64,000 nt of DNA from Diplonema japonicum (taxonomy: Eukaryota > Protista > Euglenozoa: Diplonemea), in contig OZ025675.1 in NCBI GenBank assembly GCA_964019335.1, forward strand, positions 248,001 through 312,000. The letters are read 5' to 3'. The notes below the pieces were generated by a model. That model saw nothing but the letters and a program-made list of their open reading frames with translations. It was not told the DNA's origin and searched no databases. Positions 44,692-55,462 of this stretch are shown one piece after another (the stretch's first letter is position 1; each line of letters starts with the position of its first letter). A program made the translations under genes and the position numbers.

Positions 44692-46440
44692 TCAGTACAC
44701 CTGTTGTTGCCGCACCACAGGTACCTTCTTCGCTATCAGCTCTGATAGTGTACTGGCTAAAGGTTCGCTCGTGTAGCTTGTCAGTAAGAAAAGCGATTCA
44801 TCATAGCCATGTCCTTGCAGGTACAGCTTCGCGGCCTCGTTGTACTTCACCCAGTACTTCGCCCGAGACTCGTCCAGTGCGTACATCCACTCCTGGTCCG
44901 CAGATACATCCCGTCTTCGTGCTGCCCACAGGTCGCTTTCAATGGTACTTTCGTCGTCCAGTACCTCCCATAGGACTGCCTGCTGTTCATGGTTGTGTTT
45001 AATAAAGGTGACCGCCTTGAGGACAATTCGCATTTCTTGTGTGACAGAGGCATCGATGTAGGCAGCAGTGTTGCACACAACCCCAATGCCCCACTCCGCA
45101 CCGAGCCTCTCGTACACAGATGACAGTACTGCTTCTTGTCCCATGATGCTGAACCGCTTCACCTCGTTGTTCCCAAGGTCTCCCACCAGAACCTTCCCAC
45201 TGCACACGGCCACGTTCACTTCGACTCCCTTCTCGTGTTTTAGTACGGTTGCTGTCTTCACCGCCGCCACTGCGTGTTGGATGCATTTCCTTGCCGCGTT
45301 GAACGAGGCGTGCACGTGGTCCCCGACGAACAGGTCCAGCATCCCCTTCTGTGCACGAACAGCGTGCAGTGCGAACCCGATCACCTTCGCGTGGAGGCGC
45401 ATGAACTCCATCGGTTCCGCCTCCGCTGTTTTGATCGAGTCCTTCATGTTCATCACCAGCATCGTCGCCCTTGTGGGTGTCAGAACATGAAGTGCCATAG
45501 GTGCCTCGCCAGACACAGAAGATGACGCGAGTTCTGTGTGCGACTCCGACTGTGTGTGTGACTGGGCACTGTCGCCTTCATCGTCAGAACTATCGAAGTC
45601 GCCACCCCCCTGCAGACAGGACTGGGGGAGGTAAGGTTTATACGACCGAAGGTTCACAAGAACGGTGTGAAGCGCTTCGTGCAGCTTGTCGGGGAGGTCT
45701 TCTTTCGAAAGGTCGAGGTGGGCGTCTGCCTCTTCAAGCTTGAACCCTGCAAGGAAGGAGGCCACGTCACGTGCTGCAAGAACACCCAGTTCCAACTTCC
45801 GCTTTTCAGCGAGAACCTCATCAGCGAAACCCCTTGTGAAGTAGAAGTCGAGAAGGAAGACAGAAACCATGTTCATGAAGGTGAGGCCAGCACTCAGTGT
45901 CTCCCGCTTGCAAGGGAGGGTGGTACAATCACATGCAACATCAAAGCGGTAAGCAGAGTCGCCGTTGAAGGTGCCGTTTCCTATGTCGAGGAGGCCGAAG
46001 CGGGTGGCGTCCTCGAGACAGCTGATAATGAGCCAGAGGATGAGGGTGATGATAACGACGATGGAGGACCTTGACTGAATCCTGCACACGAGGAACACAT
46101 CGATGATGAGAACTGTGAGGGGCCACATCCTGGGCAGCATGGCACCCATGTTGTGGAGGTCAATGGAAATGATGGCAACGACACACAAGTAGCCGGAGAG
46201 CTCTATGAACAAGTCGGAGGGCTTCTTGTTCACAAACAACCACACTGTTGAATATGCTCCTGTAGCGGCTGCTGTTGCAGAGGCTATTTTTGCAGTCGTG
46301 AATACTGTGGTAAAGAGTCCACTGCCTCCAATCACCAGCGCGGCCAGACCATACCACAGCAGAATCTTCTTTCGCTTTTTCATCATCTCATCGTCATCGG
46401 GGAGGGCCAGCTTTTCAAGGGCCCAATCTTGCAGCCACAT
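44692..46440 (-). CDS. 6TM pseudo-cyclase paralog 7 (~582 aa), mosaic
   Basis: ORF 44692..46503; likely start MWLQDWAL (ATG 46440). Family motifs present. Confidence 0.85.
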   Translation of the reverse strand: MWLQDWALEKLALPDDDEMMKKRKKILLWYGLAALVIGGSGLFTTVFTTAKIASATAAATGAYSTVWLFVNKKPSDLFIELSGYLCVVAIISIDLHNMGAMLPRMWPLTVLIIDVFLVCRIQSRSSIVVIITLILWLIISCLEDATRFGLLDIGNGTFNGDSAYRFDVACDCTTLPCKRETLSAGLTFMNMVSVFLLDFYFTRGFADEVLAEKRKLELGVLAARDVASFLAGFKLEEADAHLDLSKEDLPDKLHEALHTVLVNLRSYKPYLPQSCLQGGGDFDSSDDEGDSAQSHTQSESHTELASSSVSGEAPMALHVLTPTRATMLVMNMKDSIKTAEAEPMEFMRLHAKVIGFALHAVRAQKGMLDLFVGDHVHASFNAARKCIQHAVAAVKTATVLKHEKGVEVNVAVCSGKVLVGDLGNNEVKRFSIMGQEAVLSSVYERLGAEWGIGVVCNTAAYIDASVTQEMRIVLKAVTFIKHNHEQQAVLWEVLDDESTIESDLWAARRRDVSADQEWMYALDESRAKYWVKYNEAAKLYLQGHGYDESLFLLTSYTSEPLASTLSELIAKKVPVVRQQQVY

Positions 46441-47840
46441 TTTCTTTCTTTTCTTTTTGCTGAGCTGATGGACACGAAAAAGAAAGAAAAGAAAAGAATA
46501 CAAACGAATATCGTTTAGCTGATAGATAGAAGATAGCTATAAAACTTCACGAAGTGGGGGGGGAGGCGGCTATGTTGGCAAGAAAAACGGGAAAACGTTC
46601 CCATTTTCCTTATTTTCAAAAATTCTTAAAAAGGAAAACGGCTATGTATATTTATCGGTAAACACTGTTAAAAAAAATCTTTATTTTGAGTGGTTTTTTG
46701 AAGATACTTATTTGATGGCCTTGAAGAGTGTGAAACGTGGTCCTCCATGCCACTGGGGTTCGGCATGGCCACACAGGCGGTTTGGGGAGATGCCGCATTC
46801 TGCAAAAACGAAAAGAATATAAAATTCAGCCTGACTAGGACGGTCTGTTCCCCCCTGTAAGTTTACATACATGGCACACAGCATGACCCGCATCAAATAC
46901 AACACGGAGCTGGATACTCACACAGGCAGCACAATCATATTTTGACATCGATGAAGACAGCGAGTCGGATTGAAATGTTGTTTTTTTTATTTTCCCTGGG
47001 CGCCGCAACATTGGCCCGCTTTGTCTCATTTCCTCCGAGTGATTCTTCCAAAAAAGAAAAAAAAAAAAAAGCCCGCCAAAACCCCCAAAGACGTTTCAAA
47101 AAAAAAAAAAAAAAAAGCTTGGAAACGCGTTTCCTTGCCATAGCATAGCCCTAGGAGGGGGGGATGGGGTGGATGGGGGAACATGGCCCCACATCACATG
47201 GCAAAAAAAAGAAAAGACAAAAGACACTGAAAAGAAGAGAATATTGAGCTGGGTAGATAAACAATAGATTTTGCGACACCATTGGTTTTGGTTCTCGGAG
47301 GAAAAAAATTCATTATGACAGGAAACGAAGTAGTTAGCGAAGCCCCCCCCCCCCCCCCCCCCCCCAAGCTATGTTGGCAGAAAAAAAGGGAAACATTTCC
47401 GTATCCTTTCCCGCTTCTATCTTTCTTGAGGAAACGGGCCCCCCACAAAAAAAAAGAATTAAGAAACGCGTTTCTTTGCAACATAGCCGGGCCTCCCCTT
47501 GGGCATCATCGTAATCGGGATTTTGCACATTTTCGTATTTTTGTACAAATCTTCGAACACAAAACAATTCGCATTACCGCACATTGCTTTCATGTCGCGC
47601 ACGGTGATGAGTGCCATCGACAAGGAGCCAATAAAGCCTTTCTTGTCCACCGCATTTCTTGTGTCCTCGAACGTTCCTCCAAAACACCAAAGTGCCGTAT
47701 GCGAAAATGATTTTCATTTTTTGAAAATATGCAAAAAATCAAATACGAATATTATGCGAAAATCCGATTTGCATCACTTTATGCTTTATGCGCCCCCCTT
47801 GGAAAGAAAAGGCAGTAAGAGAAAGAAAAAAAAAAGGGCA

Positions 47841-47843
<3 letters not shown>

Positions 47844-47889
<46 letters not shown>
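47844..47889. repeat. (GA)n microsatellite
   Basis: Read directly. Confidence 0.9.
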
Positions 47890-47893
<4 letters not shown>

Positions 47894-48388
47894 AGAAAAA
47901 AAGAGAGAGAGAGAAAGGCAGGAAGAGAAGAAGAAGAAGAAGAAAAAAAGAAGAGGGGGAAAAGATATTTATCTGGAGGTCTTTGTGATTGGTGGCCAAG
48001 GCCCCTTCCTAGCACAATGTTCTGTACCCAGAGGTACCTTGTTGCTAATCACTGTTTTTTTCCCTCTGCAATCTTTTAGCTCCCATGTGGTTCCTCTAAA
48101 GAAAAAAAAGAGGGAAAAAAAAAGTGATGAGATAAAGAAGGTTGCTGGAACGTCTCCTCTGTCTATGTATCTAAAGAAAATTCAATTTTTGAGGTCAAGG
48201 TGACTCAGTCAAACAGTGCTCAGTTCGACCACCACAGTCGGCTCCAAGACTACTATAAAGTACATGGGGTGGGGGTGTCTGTAGCAAACGACATTGTGCG
48301 GCACCACCTCTCAGACATGGCGCCATGGCCCCCGTTTCCTTGCTGCAGGATGGGGGGGGGGGGGGGCACTTCTGTTTTGAAAGGTTTG

Positions 48389-48494
48389 TGTGTGCCTTTA
48401 TTCTTGTCCTTCCGCCGAGCATCACCCTGAAATGACTCGCTTAAGGGGAGGTGTCGTTACGCACCTTGACCCGGCCAAAGGTCTTGCTGCCCCT
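48389..48494. repeat. GC-rich structured dispersed repeat N
   Basis: Near-identical copy at 39515-39626; both stop at ttgctgcccc. Confidence 0.75.
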
Positions 48495-50490
48495 ATTTTT
48501 CTTTTGAAAAAATAATGAAATGGGACTTTGATTGCAACTAAATGGCGTTAAGCGTGCAACGAAGCACGAACTAAAAAAAAGACATACACACAACAGTTCA
48601 AACAATGAATAAACGCCTGTGGATCTGCTAAGTGGCCCATCACCGCCCGCAATATGAAATGGCAACTGGAGACAAATGGAGCCCAGATGCATAAGTTTGC
48701 AAGAATGGCCAACCTTGTGAAGTCAAAATGGAAAGCCCCAAAAATTTCCTTTGGAAAAAGCTTTTTTTTAGAACCTTTTCTGAACCCGCCGTTCATGTTC
48801 GACTGGACTTTCTGGGAAAAAAAAAAAAAAAAAAAAAGAGACATTTAAGGGTACCTGCGGTGTGTGGCAGGACGCCTGACTAAAAAAAAAGACTTTCATA
48901 AACTTTCATAAAAGGACATTCTTTTTGAAAACTTCTGGTTTTTTTTCAAAGGATTTCCCCTTGACCTTTGGGACTTGGGCTGGGTCACTTAGCGGATATG
49001 AAGGGTTTTCTTAAAACTTTTCGGTGTGGGGTGGGGTGCTCACCGAAGGGGAGAAAGAAAAAAAAAGAACGAGCATGAAAAAAAAGAGGAGAAAAAAGAA
49101 ACAAAGAAGACAATATCGAGAAGAGCTTCTTTTTTTTTTTTTTTCTTTCTTCTCTTTTCTTTTTTTATCTAAAAAAGAAATAAGAAAAAGAGATAAAGAA
49201 AGGAGGCCAGTGTGGCGCCCTGCACAAAAACTGTCTACCTGATTACAAAGAGCGCACCGCGGCCGAGTTGTAGCTTCTTCTGCGTTCCGCGTCGTGTCCT
49301 TAATGCGTGCGGTGGAGCGTCCCGTGTAACGAAGATTCTGCGCTCATGCAGTTTGCTGCCTGTTCGTCAGGTCAACAGCGAATACACATCTGATGTACTT
49401 CTTATATTCCATGTTCTTACCACCTTAAAAAACAAAAAGAGCACAAAGGTGCACGTAAGAAGAAAAAGAAATATATAAGAGTAAAGGAGGCCGGAGTTAA
49501 CAGCGCCCTGCACAAGAACTGTCAACTTGATTACAGGGGGTGCGCGGCCTAGTTGTAGCTTCTTCTGCGTTCCGCGTCGTGTCCTTAATGCGTGCGGTGT
49601 GCAGCTCAACCCCACCTGGGGCGACTCGGGTAACGAAGATTCTGCGCTCGTGCAGTTTGCTGCCTGTTCGTCACCCTGAGCATCTGAGTTACGTCCTTCA
49701 CATCTTGTGCTTTTCTAATATTATCATGTTATCCCCACCTGAAAAGAAAAAAGAAAGCAGGAACAAGAAAAAGAGTTGGCTTGATTGATGTTTATGCAAA
49801 GCCGGGGGGCTAACCTGTAGAAGGATAACGCCCAACAATGCTACCACTACTCTTTTTAGCAGCAAACAATTCTTATCAATATTTTGTTGTTCTTGTTCTA
49901 GCAAAAAAAAAGAAATTTCCAATACCTCTTCAAATTGATGAAAGAAATACATTCTTGCGAAGGAGAGATTCTTCAAAACCTTACTACAAAAAAAAAAAAA
50001 AGATTGAATTCTAGACAGTTGTGCGGGTAATCATATCATCTAACAGTTATAATCTTTCCACATTCTCTGATCCTCTTATGAGCCATTTCTTTTAAAAGTT
50101 TTTTAAACTTAAGAATTCTTCGTCACTGTCAACCTTTTCAGGGGAAACATGTGTGGAAGACTGGGGAAAGTAGCTATCGAACTCGTTGAGCTACCGACTG
50201 CACCAGGCTTTCCTTTTCTTCTTCCCACCATGCCACCAAACCCCTTCCTAAGCTTTTCTTTCGGCAAAGGAACAAGTGTGGTGAAAACGAACACCTGGAG
50301 CAATCAAAAGGAGACGAAAGAAAGAAAATTTGATAAATTTCGGTGTGCGGGTGGGTGCTCACCGTTCAGGGAGAAATACACACTAATCGGTCACCGTTCT
50401 GCGGTTGCTGTCTGGTGCCTGCGGTGGCTGTTTGTCGCGATGAGATGGACGGCAAAGAAAATAATACAACCAAAATAATGGGGGGGGGGC

Positions 50491-50985
50491 TAGGGCTATG
50501 CTGGCAAGAAACGGGGAAACGTTTCGTTTCCTTAAAAAAAATGCTTGGAAATGCGTTTCCTTGCATAGGTGGTCAAAGGGGGTCGACATTAGGGCCAAAA
50601 TTAAAATCTTGCACATTTGTGACACAAAGGCGCAAAAAAACCACCATAACCACCCCAATGTCGCCCAAAAACCCATTTTCGGGCCGAGCTTCGACGAAAT
50701 ATGCAAGTTGGCTACCCTAAAACGCCATTTTAAAAATGAAAAACACGAATTTCGAGCTTTTTTAGGGGCGGTGACTCCCCCCCCCAGGGCTATGCTGGCA
50801 AGGAATTTCGTTTCCAAGCTTTTGAAAGTTAAGAAACGGAAACGTTTCCATGTTTCTTGCTTGAACGTTTCCTTACCTTTGGGCCGTTTCCTCTAAAAAG
50901 GAAACTCGTTCTTTAAGTATCTGAAAAATAAGGAAACGGAAAAAAAAATGGAAACGTTTCCATGTTTCTTGCCAGTATATCCCTA
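50491..50985. mobile_element. hAT-like MITE (TAGGG termini) in a G-run, with nested pieces
   Basis: TIR TAGGGCTATGCTGGCAAGAAAC vs reverse complement TAGGGATATACTGGCAAGAAAC (20/22); subterminal GAAACG repeats; empty site at ~57465-57480. Relatives at 46568-47153 and 47368-47487. Confidence 0.8.
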
Positions 50986-51024
50986 GGGGGGGGGGGGGGG
51001 GAGAAGAGAAACTGCGCTCTGGAA

Positions 51025-53256
51025 TCAATTCACATCCATCACAGGGATTCCGTTCCTCACCACCGTGTCGTTGTGAAGCTTGTCTGACAGTTTCACGAGA
51101 TTTGGGTTTTCGGATTTGAACTTCTCAAGGCACTCCAATGCTGTTTCATGGTTGCAGGCATCCATTGCCGCCCAGTAGCTGTTTAGAAACAGGTCCTTTT
51201 GAGCATTCTGTGCTTCCAGCTGGTACATCCATTCCTCTTCAGCAGCCTGCACCTTCTCCCGTATCCAGTGAACCCTTACCTCCTCATTAGTTGTAAGTGA
51301 CCTCACTCTGTCCACACGGTGTTCCACCACCCCGTTCAGCCCGTCCACCACAGCATCAGACGCAAAGACAGACGGTACGAGCCCAAGCTCCTTCCCATGC
51401 AGCGCCATGTGCGACCCGACATCAACAAGATCCGACCCTATCACGTTGAACCTCTGCTGTGCGCTCCCAAGGATCCCGTGGAAGCTGGGCCCTGTGTTGA
51501 TACCGATGTCCACAGGCATGATGTCGTTCACTGCTTCGTACAGCTCCAGCCCGAGCGTCGTGCTGCATTGCTTGCTGGTGCTCCTGGGGCAGTTACGGAC
51601 AGTGTTCCACGTCACCACTATCCTGTTCCCCTCCAAGTAGCTCACGACCCCCTTGAAGGACCTCGCCAGCTCCGCGGTGTGTGAAAAAAGTAGCTTGTGA
51701 GCGTTCACAGCACTGTCCAAGCTCTTCTTGCATGCATCGGTGAAATTGCTCAGGTGCACAGTCAAGCTCGTGGCAGGCTTCGAGGCTTTCAGCCCCAATG
51801 AGAACATACCTCCCTTCATAGCCGTTTTCGGAGTTTCTTTGGAGTTATTTGACCTGACAGTCGACTTGGTAACACCGGTGCCTGTGGTCACGCTCTCTGT
51901 GCCAGTGTCATCATCCGTGATGTCTACATCAGGAAGGAAGGCCTGTACCTGCTTCACCATCTCCACAGCATGCCAGAACCCATGGTACAGGGAATCAAGC
52001 TCGTACAGGAAATGAGACTTCCCAACGGCCATCACATCGCAGTGCTCAAGCTGCATGTTCGCCACCTTGTCGAAGGCCTTTGCAAGTCGAGTGAGGTTCA
52101 TGGTGAAGGCAAGAGTCACGATCGTGGCGATGATGGTGGAGGTGACCACAAGAATAATGACGATAATCGAGGTGTCCCTGTTCGAGTCGTAGATCTTCTG
52201 GAAGAACTCCTTCTCAGGGACGAGCCCGATGAGGTACCAGCGGAGGTTGCTGTGGTACACAGGGCGAATCTCTATCCAGTAGGTTCCACCGTGACTGAGC
52301 TTCGCAAAGTGCTCTTCGTTGCCCGTGAAGAGGGACAAGTCAGGGAGAGCAGCGTCCAGAGAATGGTAAATGGTGACATTCGTCGAGAGGAGTGTGTGGC
52401 GCAAGTAGTTCGGCTTCCCTGTGGGAAGGGTCCCGTTCGCGTAGTACGTCATGTCAACATCGGTGGAGCTGACGAGCATCTTGTTCTCGTCGATGAGGAC
52501 CAGGTGAGAGTTTTGTGACAGGAGGTAGGGGTGGAGGGAAAAGAACGAAAGGTAGATACTGGTACATGTGACACCAATGAAGTCAGCAGGGTTTGGAACA
52601 GGGGTGCGGAACACTGGAACTGTGAGGGTGACGAAGGGACCACCACCTCCCTTCAAGTTCGGGTTCACCGAAACGATAATGGTGGTCCAGCGAGGGACAT
52701 TGTCAGTGAGGTACTGAACGTAATTGGGCCCCGTGTGGTACATGCTGACATAAGCACGGCCGGAGAGGTTAACCTTGGAAGAAATAGTGGTGCTGTTGTC
52801 CCAGGTCCCGTTCTCGGGGACGTAAGAGAGTTTTACATCCACGACTGGGGGGTTGTTGAAGATAACAGCCTTCGCAGCCGCATCAACTAGTGTTCCAAAG
52901 CCGTATGTTTCCCCGAGGGCCCTGTTTCCAGACAGTGCCATGTACAGTGTGAAGAAGCCCGAGTGTCTGAAGAAGTGCGAGGCCCTTCTCACCCATTGCT
53001 CGATCGGGCTGTCAAAGCGTATAAGCCCCATCTCGATGTCGCTCTTCGCTGCTACAATAGCGTCCTCAGGTTCTCTCTGCAGCTTGAAGCGGATCTCATT
53101 GATCACAGTTTCCATCTTCGCCCCGGAGAACCGCCTCGACACGATGTCGATGCTGTCCTCTGCGTTGTTCTTCGTGATCACGAACACCAGCACAGACGAC
53201 ACCGCCACCAAGGCAGCCATCGTGGTCACCCCTACCACTGCTGTGGGGAGGCGCAT
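51025..53256 (-). CDS. Receptor-type protein: TM, extracellular (Cache-like) sensor, TM, HAMP-like helix, degenerate class III cyclase domain (743 aa)
   Basis: N-terminal TM; ~330 aa extracellular region with RWT / GVT / WYLIGLVPEKEF (dCache-like pattern); second TM; HAMP-like LTRLAKAFDKVANMQL; QAFLP; cyclase-like IGINTGPSFHGILGS; EWMY motif. Confidence 0.82.
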   Translation of the reverse strand: MRLPTAVVGVTTMAALVAVSSVLVFVITKNNAEDSIDIVSRRFSGAKMETVINEIRFKLQREPEDAIVAAKSDIEMGLIRFDSPIEQWVRRASHFFRHSGFFTLYMALSGNRALGETYGFGTLVDAAAKAVIFNNPPVVDVKLSYVPENGTWDNSTTISSKVNLSGRAYVSMYHTGPNYVQYLTDNVPRWTTIIVSVNPNLKGGGGPFVTLTVPVFRTPVPNPADFIGVTCTSIYLSFFSLHPYLLSQNSHLVLIDENKMLVSSTDVDMTYYANGTLPTGKPNYLRHTLLSTNVTIYHSLDAALPDLSLFTGNEEHFAKLSHGGTYWIEIRPVYHSNLRWYLIGLVPEKEFFQKIYDSNRDTSIIVIILVVTSTIIATIVTLAFTMNLTRLAKAFDKVANMQLEHCDVMAVGKSHFLYELDSLYHGFWHAVEMVKQVQAFLPDVDITDDDTGTESVTTGTGVTKSTVRSNNSKETPKTAMKGGMFSLGLKASKPATSLTVHLSNFTDACKKSLDSAVNAHKLLFSHTAELARSFKGVVSYLEGNRIVVTWNTVRNCPRSTSKQCSTTLGLELYEAVNDIMPVDIGINTGPSFHGILGSAQQRFNVIGSDLVDVGSHMALHGKELGLVPSVFASDAVVDGLNGVVEHRVDRVRSLTTNEEVRVHWIREKVQAAEEEWMYQLEAQNAQKDLFLNSYWAAMDACNHETALECLEKFKSENPNLVKLSDKLHNDTVVRNGIPVMDVN

Positions 53257-53431
53257 TTAATAATTTATACCTTTGTTATTTTTCGTTTTTATTTATTTTC
53301 TGGGTTCCCTCTAAGGAGATTTTGGCTAGGGCCGGGAAAATAAACTCAAATTGGCATGCAGTGAAGGGACATCATTCTTGTTCTGCGTAAGAGCTGCACA
53401 GGGAATAAGGCCCTCCCGGACCGAACTTTCG

Positions 53432-53810
53432 TGGCAGTACTAGGTATCTCTCAGTTTCGGACTCATCTTGCAACTCCTCCAGGTTCTGTCCTCATCAGGC
53501 AAGAGGCACCCTTCGAGGGCTCTTACTAGCGTCCTAGTAGGTCAGAGAGTACCGTTCCCAACCACTGTCTTCGCATTTGCTCTGTGGACAAGGCTATGGA
53601 AGAGCCAGGTCCTTCGCGGCTCCTGCGGGGAATAAAGTTTTCTACTAGTTTTCTACTGCTTAACATTCAAGCTCTCTGAGACAAAAGCCGCATGTTCTAA
53701 AAAGGGGGTGGGGGTATGGTCAGTACTAGGTATCTCTCAGTTTCGGACATATTTTGCGACTCCTCCTACTAGCGTCCGCGAGCAGGTTTGGAGAGTACTG
53801 TTCGACCACA
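53432..53810. repeat. Dispersed repeat M (two tandem copies)
   Basis: cagtactaggtatctctcagtttcggac...actcctcc, also at 24340-24485 and ~28494-28545. Confidence 0.7.
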
Positions 53811-54475
53811 AGCATTGGAGATCTACCCACCTGTGACGGAGCCGACGATCACTATGCGGTACCTCCGACATGGGGCCTCGAACCTGAGCGAATCCTTCCT
53901 TCAACGCATCAGGTCTTTGTAATAAGAACGATGTTGTCCAGCCAGACGACAGCCAGGACAGAAGAATTTCTCACAGATTCGTCGCGACAGCTTTACCCAG
54001 CTGTGGCGCGGCTCGGTACCCCATTGCAAGCCGCTGCATCTGCAGGATATACCCATCAGCCTCTAAAATGACCGGATTAGGGCACTTCTGAGCCCTTGTT
54101 AATGCTTTATTTGGGAAAAATGATAGATATTCATCAGAAATGCCGCGCAAAACACAGAAAAGTTCACAAGGACAACGCAAGACAGTACTCTGCCGTTCAA
54201 ATAGTAGCGGCATCCTAAAGAGCCGCGTTCAAAGGGAGGTACAAACTATGCCAAATTCTAAGTTTTTCAGAAAAATTCAGAAGATACAGGGGAGACAACA
54301 GGCCAGGTACCAAACCAAAAATGCAAAGTAATGCCGTGCGTATATGTGAATATGTGAAAGGGAAATCAGGAGAGGAAGAAAAGAAAAAGGGAGAACTATG
54401 AAATGTTCGGCGTAAAGGGTGTCTTGAGAACATAGTCTTTTGGGTAGTACTAAGTAAAAAAAAAAAAAAAAAGAA

Positions 54476-54605
54476 GACGGTTGATTGTTATTTTGTGCAC
54501 AGCCGAGGTAACCCTGTAGAAGGATAAGCCCAACAATGCTACCTCTACTCTTTTTAGCTAACAATTCTTTATCAATATATTGTTTTTTTGTTTCTTGTTC
54601 ATACA
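54476..54605. mobile_element. Hairpin element G (~130 bp)
   Basis: Copies at 18057-18201, 27296-27432, 42847-44125 (interrupted), 49772-49902, 55477-55591 and 56973-57111. Absent from the paralogous site at ~31650-31690. Confidence 0.8.
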
Positions 54606-55358
54606 AATAAGAAGAAAAAAAAAAGATGAGATAAAATTATCTGCCCCTTCCCATCGACTCTTCTTTCGCACCTATTATCCTTTCTGCTGCCGGGAAAATC
54701 TGGTTGCTCTCACCTTCGTACAGCATATTTGACACCCTTTTTAGAAAATTCGCTTTCCTATCCGGTCTTGCATTTGATTTGTTTCTTTTGCAAACCGACT
54801 CCTAGCTTTCTTTCTTTTTTTTTTTCTCTTTTTCCAGGCTTTCAGTGAACCACAGAATATTCATAAAAAGAAAAAGGGAGAGGAGAATAAAGAGAGAGGT
54901 ATTCTGTTTCGCAATGAAATGAGGGGTAGGGAGAGTTGGCTTTTTTTTTAAACAGCTGCTAAATCATAGAAGTCTGAAAAGGGGAAAAAAAAAAGGAGGG
55001 AAAAGAAAGAATACTGAAAAGAATACTGTTTACTGTTTTAAAAAGAAAGAGAAAAAAAAAAAGAGCACCTGGCAGTTGTGTGTACGTGCCTGGTAAAATC
55101 TGGAGATCTTTTGCCCGGCACAAGTTGCAAGTAGTTATAAAAATCATTTTTTGAAAGATAAATATTTGTAACAACAAAAAAAAAGGGGGAAGCTAACAGG
55201 TACGTGTTCGGGAGGAAGAAATCTGGAGGAAAAAAAAAAAAAAGAAAAACACGTTTTCCTATTGTGTTCCCATTTTCCTTTTTTTTTTTTTTTTCCTTTT
55301 CTTTCTTTCTTCTCTTTTGTTTAGGTCAAAAAACCCGTTGCAAGAAAAAGAGAAAAAA

Positions 55359-55462
55359 GAAGAAGAAGAAGAAGAAGAAGAAGAAGAAGAAGAAGAAGAA
55401 GAAGAAGAAGAAGAAGAAGAAGAAGAAGAAGAAGAAGAAGAAGAAGAAGAAGAAGAAGAAGA
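55359..55462. repeat. (GAA)n microsatellite
   Basis: Perfect triplet array read directly. Confidence 0.95.

Noticed and set aside
53432-53810. Tandem M repeats as a CRISPR-like array or hammerhead ribozyme
   Set aside because: Only two long degenerate copies, no regular spacers, and no complete CUGANGA/GAAA core with flanking stems.
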